64,000 nt of DNA from Candidatus Spongiisociaceae bacterium (GCA_965202665.1 OZ241841.1:1440001-1504000), one strand, 5' to 3'. Shown: positions 46,553-56,066, numbered from the stretch's first letter. Made by a program: numbers and translations. The notes: a model not told the origin generated them from the letters alone.

Positions 46553-47968
46553 TCAACCGGCCCGCCCCCGCAACCAGAATTCCATCAGTTGGGCGGCGAT
46601 GGGGGCGGCCGCCGAACCGCCCGGGGAGCCTTCTTCGCCGCCCGCCTCCACCACCACCGCCACCGCTATCTCCGGATAATCAGCCGGGGCGAACCCGATG
46701 AACCAGGAGACCGGCCCCCCGTCCGGAGCGGAGGCCGTACCGGTTTTGCCCGCCACCCGCACCCCCGGAATGCGGGCCCGTACTCCGCCGCCCCGGGCCA
46801 CCGCCCGCTCCATCATCGCCGTCAGGGCCAAGGCGGAATCCAACCGCAACGGCTCTGAAAAAACCCGGGGGGCGAACTGGAAAGCGATCTCGCCGCCGGC
46901 GTCGAATATGCGGGCCACCAGTTGCGGTTCCATCAACTTCCCCTCGTTGGCCGTCGCCGCCGCTACCAGGGCCATCTGCAGGGCGGTGGCCCGCACTCCC
47001 CGTTGCCCGAGGGCTGTCTGCGCCGTCGCGGCCGGGTCGCCCGCCGCCGGGAGGGTGGAAGGAAGCAGGGGAATGTCCAAAGGCAGGGGACGGTTGAAAC
47101 CGAAACGCTCGGCCGTTTCCGCCAACGCCTCCCCCCCGGCGTCCGCCGCCAGTTGCGCCAGGGTCTCGTCGCACGACCATATAAAAGCCTCCTCCAAGGT
47201 GATAAGATTCCGCTCCGCCGGGCCGCACTCCGCTTCCCCTCCGGGCGGGGAACGGGCGGGCAGCAACGAGTCGGGGCGGGCCGTCTCCCGTTCCAAGGCC
47301 AAGGCCGCGGCCAGCACCGTGAAGACGGAACCGGGCGGGTAGGTTGCGCCCGTCGCCCGGTTTACCAGGGGCCGGGCCGGATCCGCCGACAGTTCCCCCC
47401 AGGCGGCGTCCGCCCCGGGCCCGACGACGGCGTTGGCGTCGAACCGGGGGGAGGAGGCCAAAGCCAGCACCGCCCCGGTGCGCGGGTCCAAGGCCGCCGC
47501 CGCCCCCGTCCGCCCGCCCAGGGCGCTGGCCGCCGCCCGGGTCAGGCCGTGGTGGAGGGTGAGTTGCAGGGAGCGGGCCCGCGTATCCTGGCCCAACAGG
47601 GCGTTCAGGGCCCCGGAGACGGTGAAATCCCGCCCCGAGGCCAACTGACCGGCGTAGGACTCTTCCAGCCCGTAGTCGCCGAACAAGGAGGAAAACCCCA
47701 CCGTGTGCGCGTACAGGTCGTCTTGCGGGTAGCGGCGGCGGAACCGGCGCGATTCATCGGGTTCCCTGACCGAATGGGCCAAGATCAGCCCTTCGGAGGA
47801 GCTGATCGACCCCCGTTGCCGGCCGGTGCGGGCGAGCAGGGCCCGGTCGTTGCGGGGGTCGTCCCGCAGACGGTCGGCGGCGAACACCTGCCAATAGGTG
47901 GCGGTAGCCGCCAATGCCAGGAAGGCGGCCAGCAAAACCAGGGCGGCCCGCCGAATCGGCCCGTTCAT
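46553..47968 (-). CDS. pbpA: Class B penicillin-binding protein PbpA (catalytic motifs degenerate)
   Basis: DPRTGAVLALAS, NRA..YPPGSVFT, SCD, GKTGTA, WFIGFAP; synteny with rodA/pknB. Confidence 0.85.
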   Translation of the reverse strand: MNGPIRRAALVLLAAFLALAATATYWQVFAADRLRDDPRNDRALLARTGRQRGSISSSEGLILAHSVREPDESRRFRRRYPQDDLYAHTVGFSSLFGDYGLEESYAGQLASGRDFTVSGALNALLGQDTRARSLQLTLHHGLTRAAASALGGRTGAAAALDPRTGAVLALASSPRFDANAVVGPGADAAWGELSADPARPLVNRATGATYPPGSVFTVLAAALALERETARPDSLLPARSPPGGEAECGPAERNLITLEEAFIWSCDETLAQLAADAGGEALAETAERFGFNRPLPLDIPLLPSTLPAAGDPAATAQTALGQRGVRATALQMALVAAATANEGKLMEPQLVARIFDAGGEIAFQFAPRVFSEPLRLDSALALTAMMERAVARGGGVRARIPGVRVAGKTGTASAPDGGPVSWFIGFAPADYPEIAVAVVVEAGGEEGSPGGSAAAPIAAQLMEFWLRGRAG

Positions 47969-49245
47969 GTCCGCTCCTCATGGCTGATGCGGATCAGCAG
48001 GGCGATGAGCAGGAAGTTGGCCAGCAGGGAAGCCCCGCCGTAGGACATGAACGGGGCGGGGAGGGCGGTGGCCGGCGCCAGGCGCAACACTCCGGCCAGG
48101 GACAGGAACGCCTGCAGCCCCAGGCCCAGGGACAGGCCGGCGGCCAGCATTTTGCGGAACAGGTCGCGGGCCCGCAGGGCGATGCCGAATCCGCCCGCCG
48201 TTAGCAGGCCGAAAGCGGCGATTATCACCATCGTGCCCGCCAAGCCGGTTTCCTCGGCCAGGGCCGCGAACACGTAATCGGTCGCCGCGGCCGGAATCAG
48301 ATCAGGCCGGCCCAACCCCAGGCCCGCCCCCGACAGGCTCCCCTCCCCCAAAGCGAACATCCCCTGCGCCGTCTGGTAGCCGCTCCCGGCGAAGTCGGCC
48401 CACGGGTTCAGCCAGCCGTCGATCCGCATCCGGAAACGGGGAAGGGTGAAATAGAACAGAACCGCCCCCAGTCCGAACAGGCCGGCCCCCGCCGCCGGGT
48501 AGAACGGCCGGTCGGCGGCCATGTACAGCATGAGGGCGAAAATCGCCAGCAACAGGGCGGCCGCCCCCGCGTCCCGCCAGAAGGCCAGCAGGCCGACCGC
48601 GGCCGCCCCTCCCGCCGCGGCCAGCCCCGCCGGAAGGGGTTGGGGGAGGCCCCGCCGCCCGCCTCCGGCCAGCAAAGTCTGGTTTTCCGCCAACCAGGTG
48701 GCCAAAAAGACCACCAGCAAAAGTTTGGCTATCTCCCCCGGTTGGAAACGGGCGGTCAGTCCGGCGTTCCATTCCACCCACAGCCGGGAGCCGTTCACCT
48801 CCCGGCCTTGCAAAGGCAACGGTCCCCCGGCGGGCAACAGGGGAGCGGCCCAGGCCGCCAGCGCCGCCGCCGCCAACGGCCAGCGATAGCGGCGCAGTAT
48901 GCGCAGGCCGCCCGACTGCAGGGCGTAAAGGAGAAGGCAAGCCCCCCCCGCTCCGATCAGCAGCCACCAGCGCTGCAGGGCCGCCAAGTCCCGGTCCAGG
49001 CGGTACACCAGCACGAACCCGACCGCGGCCAGGGTGGCCGCCAGCGGAACCAGAAAAGCGACCGTCGCCGGGGCCCAGAGCCGAACCGCCGCCAGCAGGC
49101 TTCCGAAGGCGATGGCGAACACCAGAAAAGCCAGGGCGGTTTGGGCGTCTATTCCCCCTCCGTTCGCAAAATTGACCAGGGCCGTCCCGAAGCCGGCCAA
49201 GCCGGCGGCGGCCGCCGTCAGAACCGTTTCCGCCAGCCGGTTCAC
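47965..49245 (-). CDS. rodA: SEDS family protein RodA/FtsW
   Basis: NGSRLW, FQPGEIAK, YQ..Q, G.GLG.G, TDYVFA..AEE.G, PFMSYGG. Confidence 0.88.
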   Translation of the reverse strand: MNRLAETVLTAAAAGLAGFGTALVNFANGGGIDAQTALAFLVFAIAFGSLLAAVRLWAPATVAFLVPLAATLAAVGFVLVYRLDRDLAALQRWWLLIGAGGACLLLYALQSGGLRILRRYRWPLAAAALAAWAAPLLPAGGPLPLQGREVNGSRLWVEWNAGLTARFQPGEIAKLLLVVFLATWLAENQTLLAGGGRRGLPQPLPAGLAAAGGAAAVGLLAFWRDAGAAALLLAIFALMLYMAADRPFYPAAGAGLFGLGAVLFYFTLPRFRMRIDGWLNPWADFAGSGYQTAQGMFALGEGSLSGAGLGLGRPDLIPAAATDYVFAALAEETGLAGTMVIIAAFGLLTAGGFGIALRARDLFRKMLAAGLSLGLGLQAFLSLAGVLRLAPATALPAPFMSYGGASLLANFLLIALLIRISHEERT

Positions 49246-49949
49246 GCGTTTACGGAAACGACCACCGCCGACACGTTGTCGCGCCCCCCGGCCTGGTTGG
49301 CGGCCCCCACCAGGCTCCACACCGCCTCCGAAGGCGGGCCCTCCGCCAACAACAGGGCGATTTCGTCTTCGGGGAGCATCCGGCTCAGTCCGTCCGAACA
49401 GATCAACAGGCGGTCATCGGGTTGCAGGCGGGCCCGGTGGATGTCCACGTCCACGGTGCGGGACATTCCCAAAACCCGCAGCAGATGGGCCCGGTAGGGG
49501 TGGCGGCGGGCCTCCTCTTTGGTGAGTCGGCCGGCCCGTATCTCCTGCCTGACGAAGGTGTGGTCAATGGTCAGTTGCATCAGGCCCCTTTTGCGCAGCA
49601 GGTAGGCCCGGCTGTCCCCCACATGCCCGATGGTCAGTCTGCCGTTGGGGTTGAGGTCGGCCAGGGTGAGAGTGGTGCCTATTCCCGCCAAACGGGGGGT
49701 TTGGTAAACCAGGTTGAGGACGGCGTCGTTGGCCGCCCGGATGCGCCGCGTCGGTTTCCCGCCCGCGGCCACCGCCGCCCGCATGGCCTCCCGGCTGGCG
49801 ATTTCCCCTCCTTCGGGGATGCTCATCCCGTCCGCCACCGCCGCAATTAGCCGTTGCGAGGTGCGGCCGTCCGCTTCCGGATGGACGCTGTCCTGGTTGA
49901 CATTGCGCACCATTCCGATGTGGGTGGCGCTGGCCCAGACGAAATTCAC
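49242..49949 (-). CDS. pstP: PP2C-family Ser/Thr phosphatase (cytoplasmic domain only)
   Basis: R.VNQD, VADGM, GTT, HVGDSRAY, DH, CSDGL, GGRDN. Confidence 0.88.
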   Translation of the reverse strand: MNFVWASATHIGMVRNVNQDSVHPEADGRTSQRLIAAVADGMSIPEGGEIASREAMRAAVAAGGKPTRRIRAANDAVLNLVYQTPRLAGIGTTLTLADLNPNGRLTIGHVGDSRAYLLRKRGLMQLTIDHTFVRQEIRAGRLTKEEARRHPYRAHLLRVLGMSRTVDVDIHRARLQPDDRLLICSDGLSRMLPEDEIALLLAEGPPSEAVWSLVGAANQAGGRDNVSAVVVSVNA

Positions 49950-50359
49950 GTGACTTCCAACACGGTGGTCCCGATCTGCACCGAATCCCCCTGGTTCAGC
50001 TCCTGGGGGGCGATCACCCTCCGGCCGTTGACGTAGGTGCCGTTGGCGCTCCCCAGATCCAGCAGGGACAAAGCCCCCGATTGGTTGGTGATACGGATGT
50101 GGAAGTCGGAGGCGTAGGGGTCGTCGATCACCAGGTCGGCCCCGTCGTTGCGTCCCACCACCACCGAATCCCGCACTTCCACCGACTCCCCGGCGCGGTT
50201 TTCACTGCGCACCACGGTTAGCCCCGCTCCCGCCCGGGCCCGGGTACGGGAATAGCCGGTTCCCACTTGGGCGACCGCCGACTTGGCGATCTGCCAGACG
50301 AAAAGATAGATGTAGGCCACGAAAATAATCTTGAGGGCCACCAAGATGATTACCGGCAT
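49946..50359 (-). CDS. fhaB: Membrane FHA-domain protein
   Basis: N-terminal TM, VGR, DPYAS..H, DLGSANGT; synteny. Confidence 0.85.
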   Translation of the reverse strand: MPVIILVALKIIFVAYIYLFVWQIAKSAVAQVGTGYSRTRARAGAGLTVVRSENRAGESVEVRDSVVVGRNDGADLVIDDPYASDFHIRITNQSGALSLLDLGSANGTYVNGRRVIAPQELNQGDSVQIGTTVLEVT

Positions 50360-50363
50360 CGGA

Positions 50364-51017
50364 TCACCGCCTTTCCAGCCGGTATTCAAGGGCCCCGAAA
50401 GATATTTTCCCGCCGGGGGGGATTTCGGCCCGGCCGGTTATCCGCAGGCCGTCCACGAAGGTCCCGTCCGCCGAAGCCCGATCCTCGGCCCAGACCCCTC
50501 CTCCCTCCTGCCAGAGCAGGGCGTGGTCGTTGCTTACCGAAGGATGGTCGATGGCCAGGTCGGCCCCGCCGCCGCGTCCGATCAGGCAACGGTTGACGGT
50601 GAGCGGCAGCTGCCGGTCCGCTCGGCGGAGGACGGCCCACGGCGGCCGCCGCCCCGGACGGATAGCGGATTCCACCTTGACGGTTTCCGGGGCCAGGGAC
50701 GGGTCGGTTTCCATCCGCACCCGGGCCGGACCGGCCAGCCGCCATCCCCTTTCCCGGGCCGTTTCCTCCACCGCCTGCTCCAAGGCCCGGGTTACCGCCC
50801 GCGTTACGGGGAGGGAGGGCGGGGCGGCCGCGGGCAGGCGCACTGCGAACCGGTTGGGGGCGAGGGGTCCGGTGGGTCCCGGGCGGCAGGCCAAGCCGGA
50901 TTCCCGCGTAAGGAGGGCCGCTATCTCGGCGGGGTGGACCGCGCCCGGCAAGACCCGTCCGTCCGCCCCCGCTCCCAGCTGTTGCAACCGGCTTTCAAGG
51001 TCCCGCGCCAAACTCAC
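50364..51017 (-). CDS. fhaA: DUF3662 + FHA protein
   Basis: LESRL...VHPAEIA...APNRFAV; IGRG..DL.I.HPSVS..HA; first gene of the cluster. Confidence 0.8.
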   Translation of the reverse strand: MSLARDLESRLQQLGAGADGRVLPGAVHPAEIAALLTRESGLACRPGPTGPLAPNRFAVRLPAAAPPSLPVTRAVTRALEQAVEETARERGWRLAGPARVRMETDPSLAPETVKVESAIRPGRRPPWAVLRRADRQLPLTVNRCLIGRGGGADLAIDHPSVSNDHALLWQEGGGVWAEDRASADGTFVDGLRITGRAEIPPGGKISFGALEYRLERR

Positions 51018-51028
51018 GATCCCCTATT

Positions 51029-52060
51029 CTAAAGGCCCTCGGGTTGGGTTACTGATTTCCTTGCCCGGGGCGGGAGAATCACCGTTTCCCCCCGGTCGAT
51101 GGACTCCCAGGCGGCCAGTCCGACGGCCACCGCCCGGCTGGCCGCGAAGCCGTCCGCCATCTCCTCCCCGCCCCCCCGTACCGCTCTGGCGAAAGCCTCC
51201 AACTGGTTGCGCACCCCGGCCCGCGTAAAATCCTCCGCTTCCGCGCCCCCCACCTCCCGCAACCCCGCTCGGTCGCCGATCAGCAAACGGCCCTGGGGCA
51301 GGCCGTTCGCAAACAGGGCCCCCTCCGAGCCCAGTATTTCGGTGCGCACGTCGTCCCCGTAACGGCAGTTGCGGGACAGGTCGATGATTCCCGCCGCTCC
51401 GCCCTCCAACTCCGCCTCTATGAGGCAGTTGTCCACATCCCCGGCGGCGGCCACCTCCCGGTTTACCGCGGGCAGCGCCCGGGCCCGCACGCTGGTCGGG
51501 CTCTTTTCCAGCAGGAACTCGATCAGTTCAAACTCGTGCACTCCGCAGTCGATGGGCAGGCCGCCGCTCACCTCCCGGGAGCAGAAAGAAGGAGGCGGGG
51601 GATGGGCGTCCCACTGCGACAGTCGGATGAACAACGGCTCCCCGATGGCCCCGGCGCGGAGCAGGCGGCGGGCGGCCGCCCACGGCGGGGAAAAGCGCCG
51701 CCAGAATCCCACCGCCAAAGTCAGTCCGGCGGCGGCCGCCTGTTCGGCCAGACGGGCGGAGACCGCCGGGTCGAACGAAAGCGGTTTTTCGCACAGTACC
51801 GGGCGCCCCGACTGCAGGACGGCTTCGGTTATGGCGGCATGGAAGGGGGTGGGGGAGGCCACCGCCACCGCCTCCACTTCCGGCAGTTCCAGAGCATCCT
51901 CCACCCGGGTGAACACCGGCGCTCCCCCGGCGGCGGCGCGGGCGGCCTCCTCGTTGACGTCCACCACCGCCCGCAGCTCCGCGGTCGCCGAATGGCGCAT
52001 CGCCTCGGCGTGCACCGCGCCCATTCGCCCCGCTCCCACCAGCGCCATCCCCACCCTCAT
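51029..52060 (-). CDS. Gfo/Idh/MocA oxidoreductase (inositol 2-dehydrogenase-like)
   Basis: GAGRMG.VH, SPT..H, CEKP, VGF.RRF, SGG..ID.GVHE, YGDD.RTE. Confidence 0.88.
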   Translation of the reverse strand: MRVGMALVGAGRMGAVHAEAMRHSATAELRAVVDVNEEAARAAAGGAPVFTRVEDALELPEVEAVAVASPTPFHAAITEAVLQSGRPVLCEKPLSFDPAVSARLAEQAAAAGLTLAVGFWRRFSPPWAAARRLLRAGAIGEPLFIRLSQWDAHPPPPSFCSREVSGGLPIDCGVHEFELIEFLLEKSPTSVRARALPAVNREVAAAGDVDNCLIEAELEGGAAGIIDLSRNCRYGDDVRTEILGSEGALFANGLPQGRLLIGDRAGLREVGGAEAEDFTRAGVRNQLEAFARAVRGGGEEMADGFAASRAVAVGLAAWESIDRGETVILPPRARKSVTQPEGL

Positions 52061-53418
52061 CAGCTTTTCCCGCCGTCGGCGATGTAGGAGGCGAACCAGC
52101 GGGCGCTGTCCTTCCAGATTCTTTCCTGCGTTTGATGGTCCACCCGGATAAGGCCGAACCGTTGCGAGAAGCCCAGGGCCCACTCAAAGTTGTCCAACAA
52201 AGTCCACACGAAAAAGCCGCGCAGGGCAACCCCCGCCTGCAGGGCTTGGCGGGCGGCCCTGAAATGGGCTTCCAGAAAATCCCGCCGGGACCGGTCGCGC
52301 ACCGCCCCCTCTTCCACCCGGTCGGGGAAGGCGGCCCCGTTTTCGGTGATGAACACCGGGGGCAGGCGGTAGTCATCGTTGAAACGGAGCAAAAGGTCCC
52401 GCAGGCCGTCCGGGTAAATCTCCCAGCCCATCGTGGTGCGGGGCAGGTCGGCTTCGGTTATCGGCGACGGGCGTTCCCGGTCGGGCAGGGCCGGGTCGGC
52501 CGCCACCTCCCGGAAGTAGTAGTTGATTCCCAGATGATCCAGCGGCTGGGAGATAATTTCCAGATCTCCGTCCCGCAGGGCTTTTTGATCCCACTGGTAA
52601 TGGTCCAGGGCGGCGGGCGGGTAACGGCTCAGCAACACCGGATCCATGTACCACCGGTTGCCGAGGGCGTGGGCCATTTCGGCGGCGGCCAGGTCGGAGG
52701 GGTGGGCGGAACGGGGAACGTGGGCGTCCACGTTCAGCGCCGGCCCGACCCGGCTGTCCGGGGAAACCTGTTTGACGGCCGCCGTTCCCAAGCCGTGGGC
52801 CAGCAACACATGGTGGGCGGCGTCCAGCCAGGCCCGCGGTTCGCGGCGGCCGGGGGCGTGCCGGCCGTGCCGGTAGCCGTGTTCGGCCACGCACCGCGGC
52901 TCGTTGATCGTCCACCAGTTTTTAACCCGGTCGCCCAGCCGTTCGGCGACGACCGCCGCGTAGTCGGCGAAAGCGTAGGCGGTGGGGCGGTGCGGCCACC
53001 CCCCTTCGTCTTCCAGCGCGGCGGGCAAATCCCAGTGATACAAGGTGGGATAGGGGACGATGCCCGCCTGCAGCAGGCCGTCCACCAGCCGGTCGTAGAA
53101 GTCCAGGCCGGCTTGGTTCACCCGCCCCCGCCCGTCGGGGAGCACCCGCGGCCAGGCGATGGAAAACCGATAGCCGGAGACGCCCAGGCGCCGCATTATT
53201 TCTATGTCCTCCGGCCAGCGGTGAAAGTGGTCGCAGGCCGTATCCGCCGTGTCGCCGTTGAGAATGTTCCCCGGGATGCGCGAGAAACGATCCCAGATGC
53301 TTTCCCCCCGCCCGTCGGCGTCGACCGCCCCCTCCACCTGAAAGGAGGCGGTGGCCGTTCCCCAAACAAAATTTTCCGGCCAGTTCATCGGAGGCGAGGG
53401 CGGGAAGGGGTCGGGCAT
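52060..53418 (-). CDS. GH1 beta-glucosidase
   Basis: FVWGTATASFQVEG, RFSIAWPR, TINEP, GINYY, ITENG, LLDNFEWA.G. Confidence 0.95.
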   Translation of the reverse strand: MPDPFPPSPPMNWPENFVWGTATASFQVEGAVDADGRGESIWDRFSRIPGNILNGDTADTACDHFHRWPEDIEIMRRLGVSGYRFSIAWPRVLPDGRGRVNQAGLDFYDRLVDGLLQAGIVPYPTLYHWDLPAALEDEGGWPHRPTAYAFADYAAVVAERLGDRVKNWWTINEPRCVAEHGYRHGRHAPGRREPRAWLDAAHHVLLAHGLGTAAVKQVSPDSRVGPALNVDAHVPRSAHPSDLAAAEMAHALGNRWYMDPVLLSRYPPAALDHYQWDQKALRDGDLEIISQPLDHLGINYYFREVAADPALPDRERPSPITEADLPRTTMGWEIYPDGLRDLLLRFNDDYRLPPVFITENGAAFPDRVEEGAVRDRSRRDFLEAHFRAARQALQAGVALRGFFVWTLLDNFEWALGFSQRFGLIRVDHQTQERIWKDSARWFASYIADGGKS

Positions 53419-53494
53419 ATGCGTCAATTTTAGTTGTTTGCTACGCGCCAAGATAGTTGGTGGCTACGCGCCAAATTAGTTGTTTGCTACGCGC
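53419..53494. repeat. 23-bp tandem direct repeat (~3.3 copies)
   Basis: tagttgtttgctacgcgccaaga / tagttggtggctacgcgccaaat / tagttgtttgctacgcgc, preceded by a partial atgcgtcaattt. Confidence 0.85.
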
Positions 53495-53550
53495 GGCCGG
53501 GGCGACCTTTTCGAATAGGCGAGGGGAGGGGCGGACGCTATTCTTGGCCT

Positions 53551-54321
53551 ATGGAAATACGGGACCGGGTGTGCGTGATAACCGGCGGGGCCAGCGGAAT
53601 CGGGGCCGGCCTGGCCCGGCGGTTCGCGGAAGAAGGGGCGGCGGCGGTGGTCATCGCCGACCTGGACCAGCATCGCACCGACGAGGCGGCTGAGGAGATG
53701 GGCGCGGTAGGGGTGGAATGCGACGCCACCGACCCGGCGGCGGTGCAGGGGCTGGTGGATTGGACCGCAGACGAATTCGGGCCCATCGACCTGTTCGTCT
53801 CCAACGCCGGGACTTCCATCGACGGCGGCTTGGAAGTGGACGATGAAGGATGGCGGTCTTTGTGGGAGTTGCATGTGATGGCGCATGTCTACGCCGCGCG
53901 GGCGGTGATCCCCGGAATGCAAGCCGCCGGGGGCGGGTATTTGTTGCAGACCGTGTCCGCCGCCGGGTTGCTGGCCTCGCTGACCAGCCTCCCCTACACG
54001 GTCACCAAAACCGCTTCGCTGTCGCTGGCGGAATGGCTGGCTATTACCTATCGGCGTTCCAACATCCGCGTGTCGGCCCTGTGTCCGATGGTGGTGGACA
54101 CGCCGCTGGTGGACCGGTTCAACCTGGACGCCGCAAACTCCGAAATTCTGACCCCGGCGCAAGTAGCCGAAGCAACGGTGGAGGGACTGCGGGAAGAAAC
54201 TTTTCTAATCCTGCCCCACCCCGAAGTGTCCGAATACATGGCCCGCAAAGCAGACGACCGCGACCGCTGGCTACGGGGAATGTCCCGCCTCTGGGAACAA
54301 CTGGGCCCAACCGCCGTCTAA
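53551..54321 (+). CDS. SDR-family oxidoreductase
   Basis: TGGASGIG, FVSNAG, YTVTK; TATTCT -10 6 nt before the ATG. Confidence 0.9.
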   Translation: MEIRDRVCVITGGASGIGAGLARRFAEEGAAAVVIADLDQHRTDEAAEEMGAVGVECDATDPAAVQGLVDWTADEFGPIDLFVSNAGTSIDGGLEVDDEGWRSLWELHVMAHVYAARAVIPGMQAAGGGYLLQTVSAAGLLASLTSLPYTVTKTASLSLAEWLAITYRRSNIRVSALCPMVVDTPLVDRFNLDAANSEILTPAQVAEATVEGLREETFLILPHPEVSEYMARKADDRDRWLRGMSRLWEQLGPTAV

Positions 54322-54334
54322 CCCCCGGCGCGCA

Positions 54335-54832
54335 TCAGGCGGCTACGTAACTCAAGGCTTTGTTCCTCCACCGGGCGGCGTCTTCTATCTGTTGTGGAGT
54401 TAGCCGATAGCCTTCTAAAATCCGCAGTCCTTGTTCGGAACGGGCTTCTTTCCCGACGAACATGGCTTCTATGCGTGTGCCTCTTATCGTCGGAGTCCCG
54501 GACATGCACTCGGGATCTACGCTGATGTGCTCCAAGTCCCCTAGTTCCACATAGGCCCAGCCGCCTTTTGACAGATCCTCCTCGACGGCAGACAATCGCC
54601 CCACGGCTTCCTTCGATACCCCTGTTTCGAATCCCGCTTCCAGTAATTTGCGGACCGCCATCGCCTCGGCGATGTCACGGTAGGAAAACACGCGTCGCCC
54701 GCCGTCCAAACCGGAGGGTATGTAACCCCGCCTCGTCCATTGCCCGAGACGGCGGGGGGTTAAGCCGGACAGATGCGAAGCTTCCCGGGAGGTATACACG
54801 CGGCGGCAACGAGGGTCGGCGACGGTTGGCAT
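54335..54832 (-). CDS. MerR-like HTH + DUF433 protein (VapB45-like antitoxin)
   Basis: YTSREASHLSGLTPRRLGQW...FSYRD; VDPECMSGTPTIRGTRI...YRLTPQQIEDA. Confidence 0.78.
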   Translation of the reverse strand: MPTVADPRCRRVYTSREASHLSGLTPRRLGQWTRRGYIPSGLDGGRRVFSYRDIAEAMAVRKLLEAGFETGVSKEAVGRLSAVEEDLSKGGWAYVELGDLEHISVDPECMSGTPTIRGTRIEAMFVGKEARSEQGLRILEGYRLTPQQIEDAARWRNKALSYVAA

Positions 54833-54914
54833 GTCTCTGACATTAGACCTTTATTGATTTTTCGGCGTCGGCCCGGCGCCCGGCGGTGGCTATCGTTGGT
54901 TGTGAATGAAGAAG

Positions 54915-55184
54915 ATGGACGACCAGCCTGGCGGGGCTTCTCTTGTTCTCACTGAGGACGAGGAAGCCTTTTATCAGCAGTTGTCTGATGATTTTTCGTC
55001 AATCTCCGGCGAAATGTGGGATGCGGTGCTTTCCCAGTTGGCTGAGATGTTGCCCGACGGTTACACGTTAAATGAGGACAGTCGCATCGTTCGCTTGGAT
55101 CCGTGCCTGCCCGACTACGTTGAACTGGATGGCGTCTACGGCAAGATTCGGGTTCCGGCCTTCGAAGTGCGGTCCGGCCGGTAG
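54915..55184 (+). CDS. Small acidic hypothetical protein
   Basis: ~89-aa ORF filling the intergenic space; no recognised motif; start uncertain. Confidence 0.4.
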   Translation: MDDQPGGASLVLTEDEEAFYQQLSDDFSSISGEMWDAVLSQLAEMLPDGYTLNEDSRIVRLDPCLPDYVELDGVYGKIRVPAFEVRSGR

Positions 55185-55241
55185 CCCGGATTCGGTAGCG
55201 GGGGCGCCGGGGGTTCCATCGCGGCATATAATTTACGAGAC

Positions 55242-56066
55242 GTGACCGGCCCTCAAAACGAACCCCCCGCCATCGACCTGCGCGGCGTGACCGTCCTCAA
55301 ATCGGGCCGTCGTTTGCTGTCGGAGGTGGACTGGCGGGCGGAGGCGGGGGAGAGGTGGGTGGTGTTCGGACCCAACGGGGCGGGCAAAACCACCCTGTTG
55401 CAGGTGGTTTCCACCTACCAGTTCCCCACCTCCGGGGCGGCCCGCATCCTGGGGGAGCAGATGGGCCGCACCGATGTCCGGAACCTCCGTCCCCGCATCG
55501 GGTATGTGGGGGCGGCCCCCGCCGCGCTGGTGCGCCGCCGCCTGCCCTGCCGCACCATAGTGGTCACCGGCCTCCGCGCCGTTTTCACCGACGTCCGCCG
55601 GTTGCCCTACGCGGAGGCCGACTGGGAACGGGCCGGCCAACGTTTGGACGCGATGGGGATGTCCGACTTCGCCGACCGGGAGTTCGCCACCCTGTCGGAG
55701 GGGGAAATGAAGCGGGTGTTGATCGCCCGGGCTTTGATGGCCGACCCGGAGTTGCTGTTGTTAGACGAGCCGGGGGCGGGGTTGGACTTGGGGGCGCGGG
55801 AGCGCCTCATCGCCTCCCTGTCGGAAATGGCGGAGCGGGAGCGGGGGACCACCGTGGTTTTAGTCACCCATCATGTGGAGGAAATCCCCCCCGGGTTCCG
55901 CCGAATCCTGATGTTGGACCGGGGCCGGGCGACCGCTTGCGGCGACATACGGGAAGCTTTGACCAGCCGCGCCCTGAGCGAACTCTACGATTACCCGTTG
56001 CAAGTGGAATATCGGGAGGGCCGTTTCCAAGCCGTGGGAGGGTCCACAGGCTGGGGGAGTCTTTAG
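55242..56066 (+). CDS. ABC transporter ATP-binding protein (ModF/YlmA-like)
   Basis: [33 protein letters not shown]. Confidence 0.88.
   Translation: MTGPQNEPPAIDLRGVTVLKSGRRLLSEVDWRAEAGERWVVFGPNGAGKTTLLQVVSTYQFPTSGAARILGEQMGRTDVRNLRPRIGYVGAAPAALVRRRLPCRTIVVTGLRAVFTDVRRLPYAEADWERAGQRLDAMGMSDFADREFATLSEGEMKRVLIARALMADPELLLLDEPGAGLDLGARERLIASLSEMAERERGTTVVLVTHHVEEIPPGFRRILMLDRGRATACGDIREALTSRALSELYDYPLQVEYREGRFQAVGGSTGWGSL

Noticed and set aside
53419-53494. CRISPR array
   Set aside because: Repeats are head-to-tail with no spacers, and there are no cas genes.
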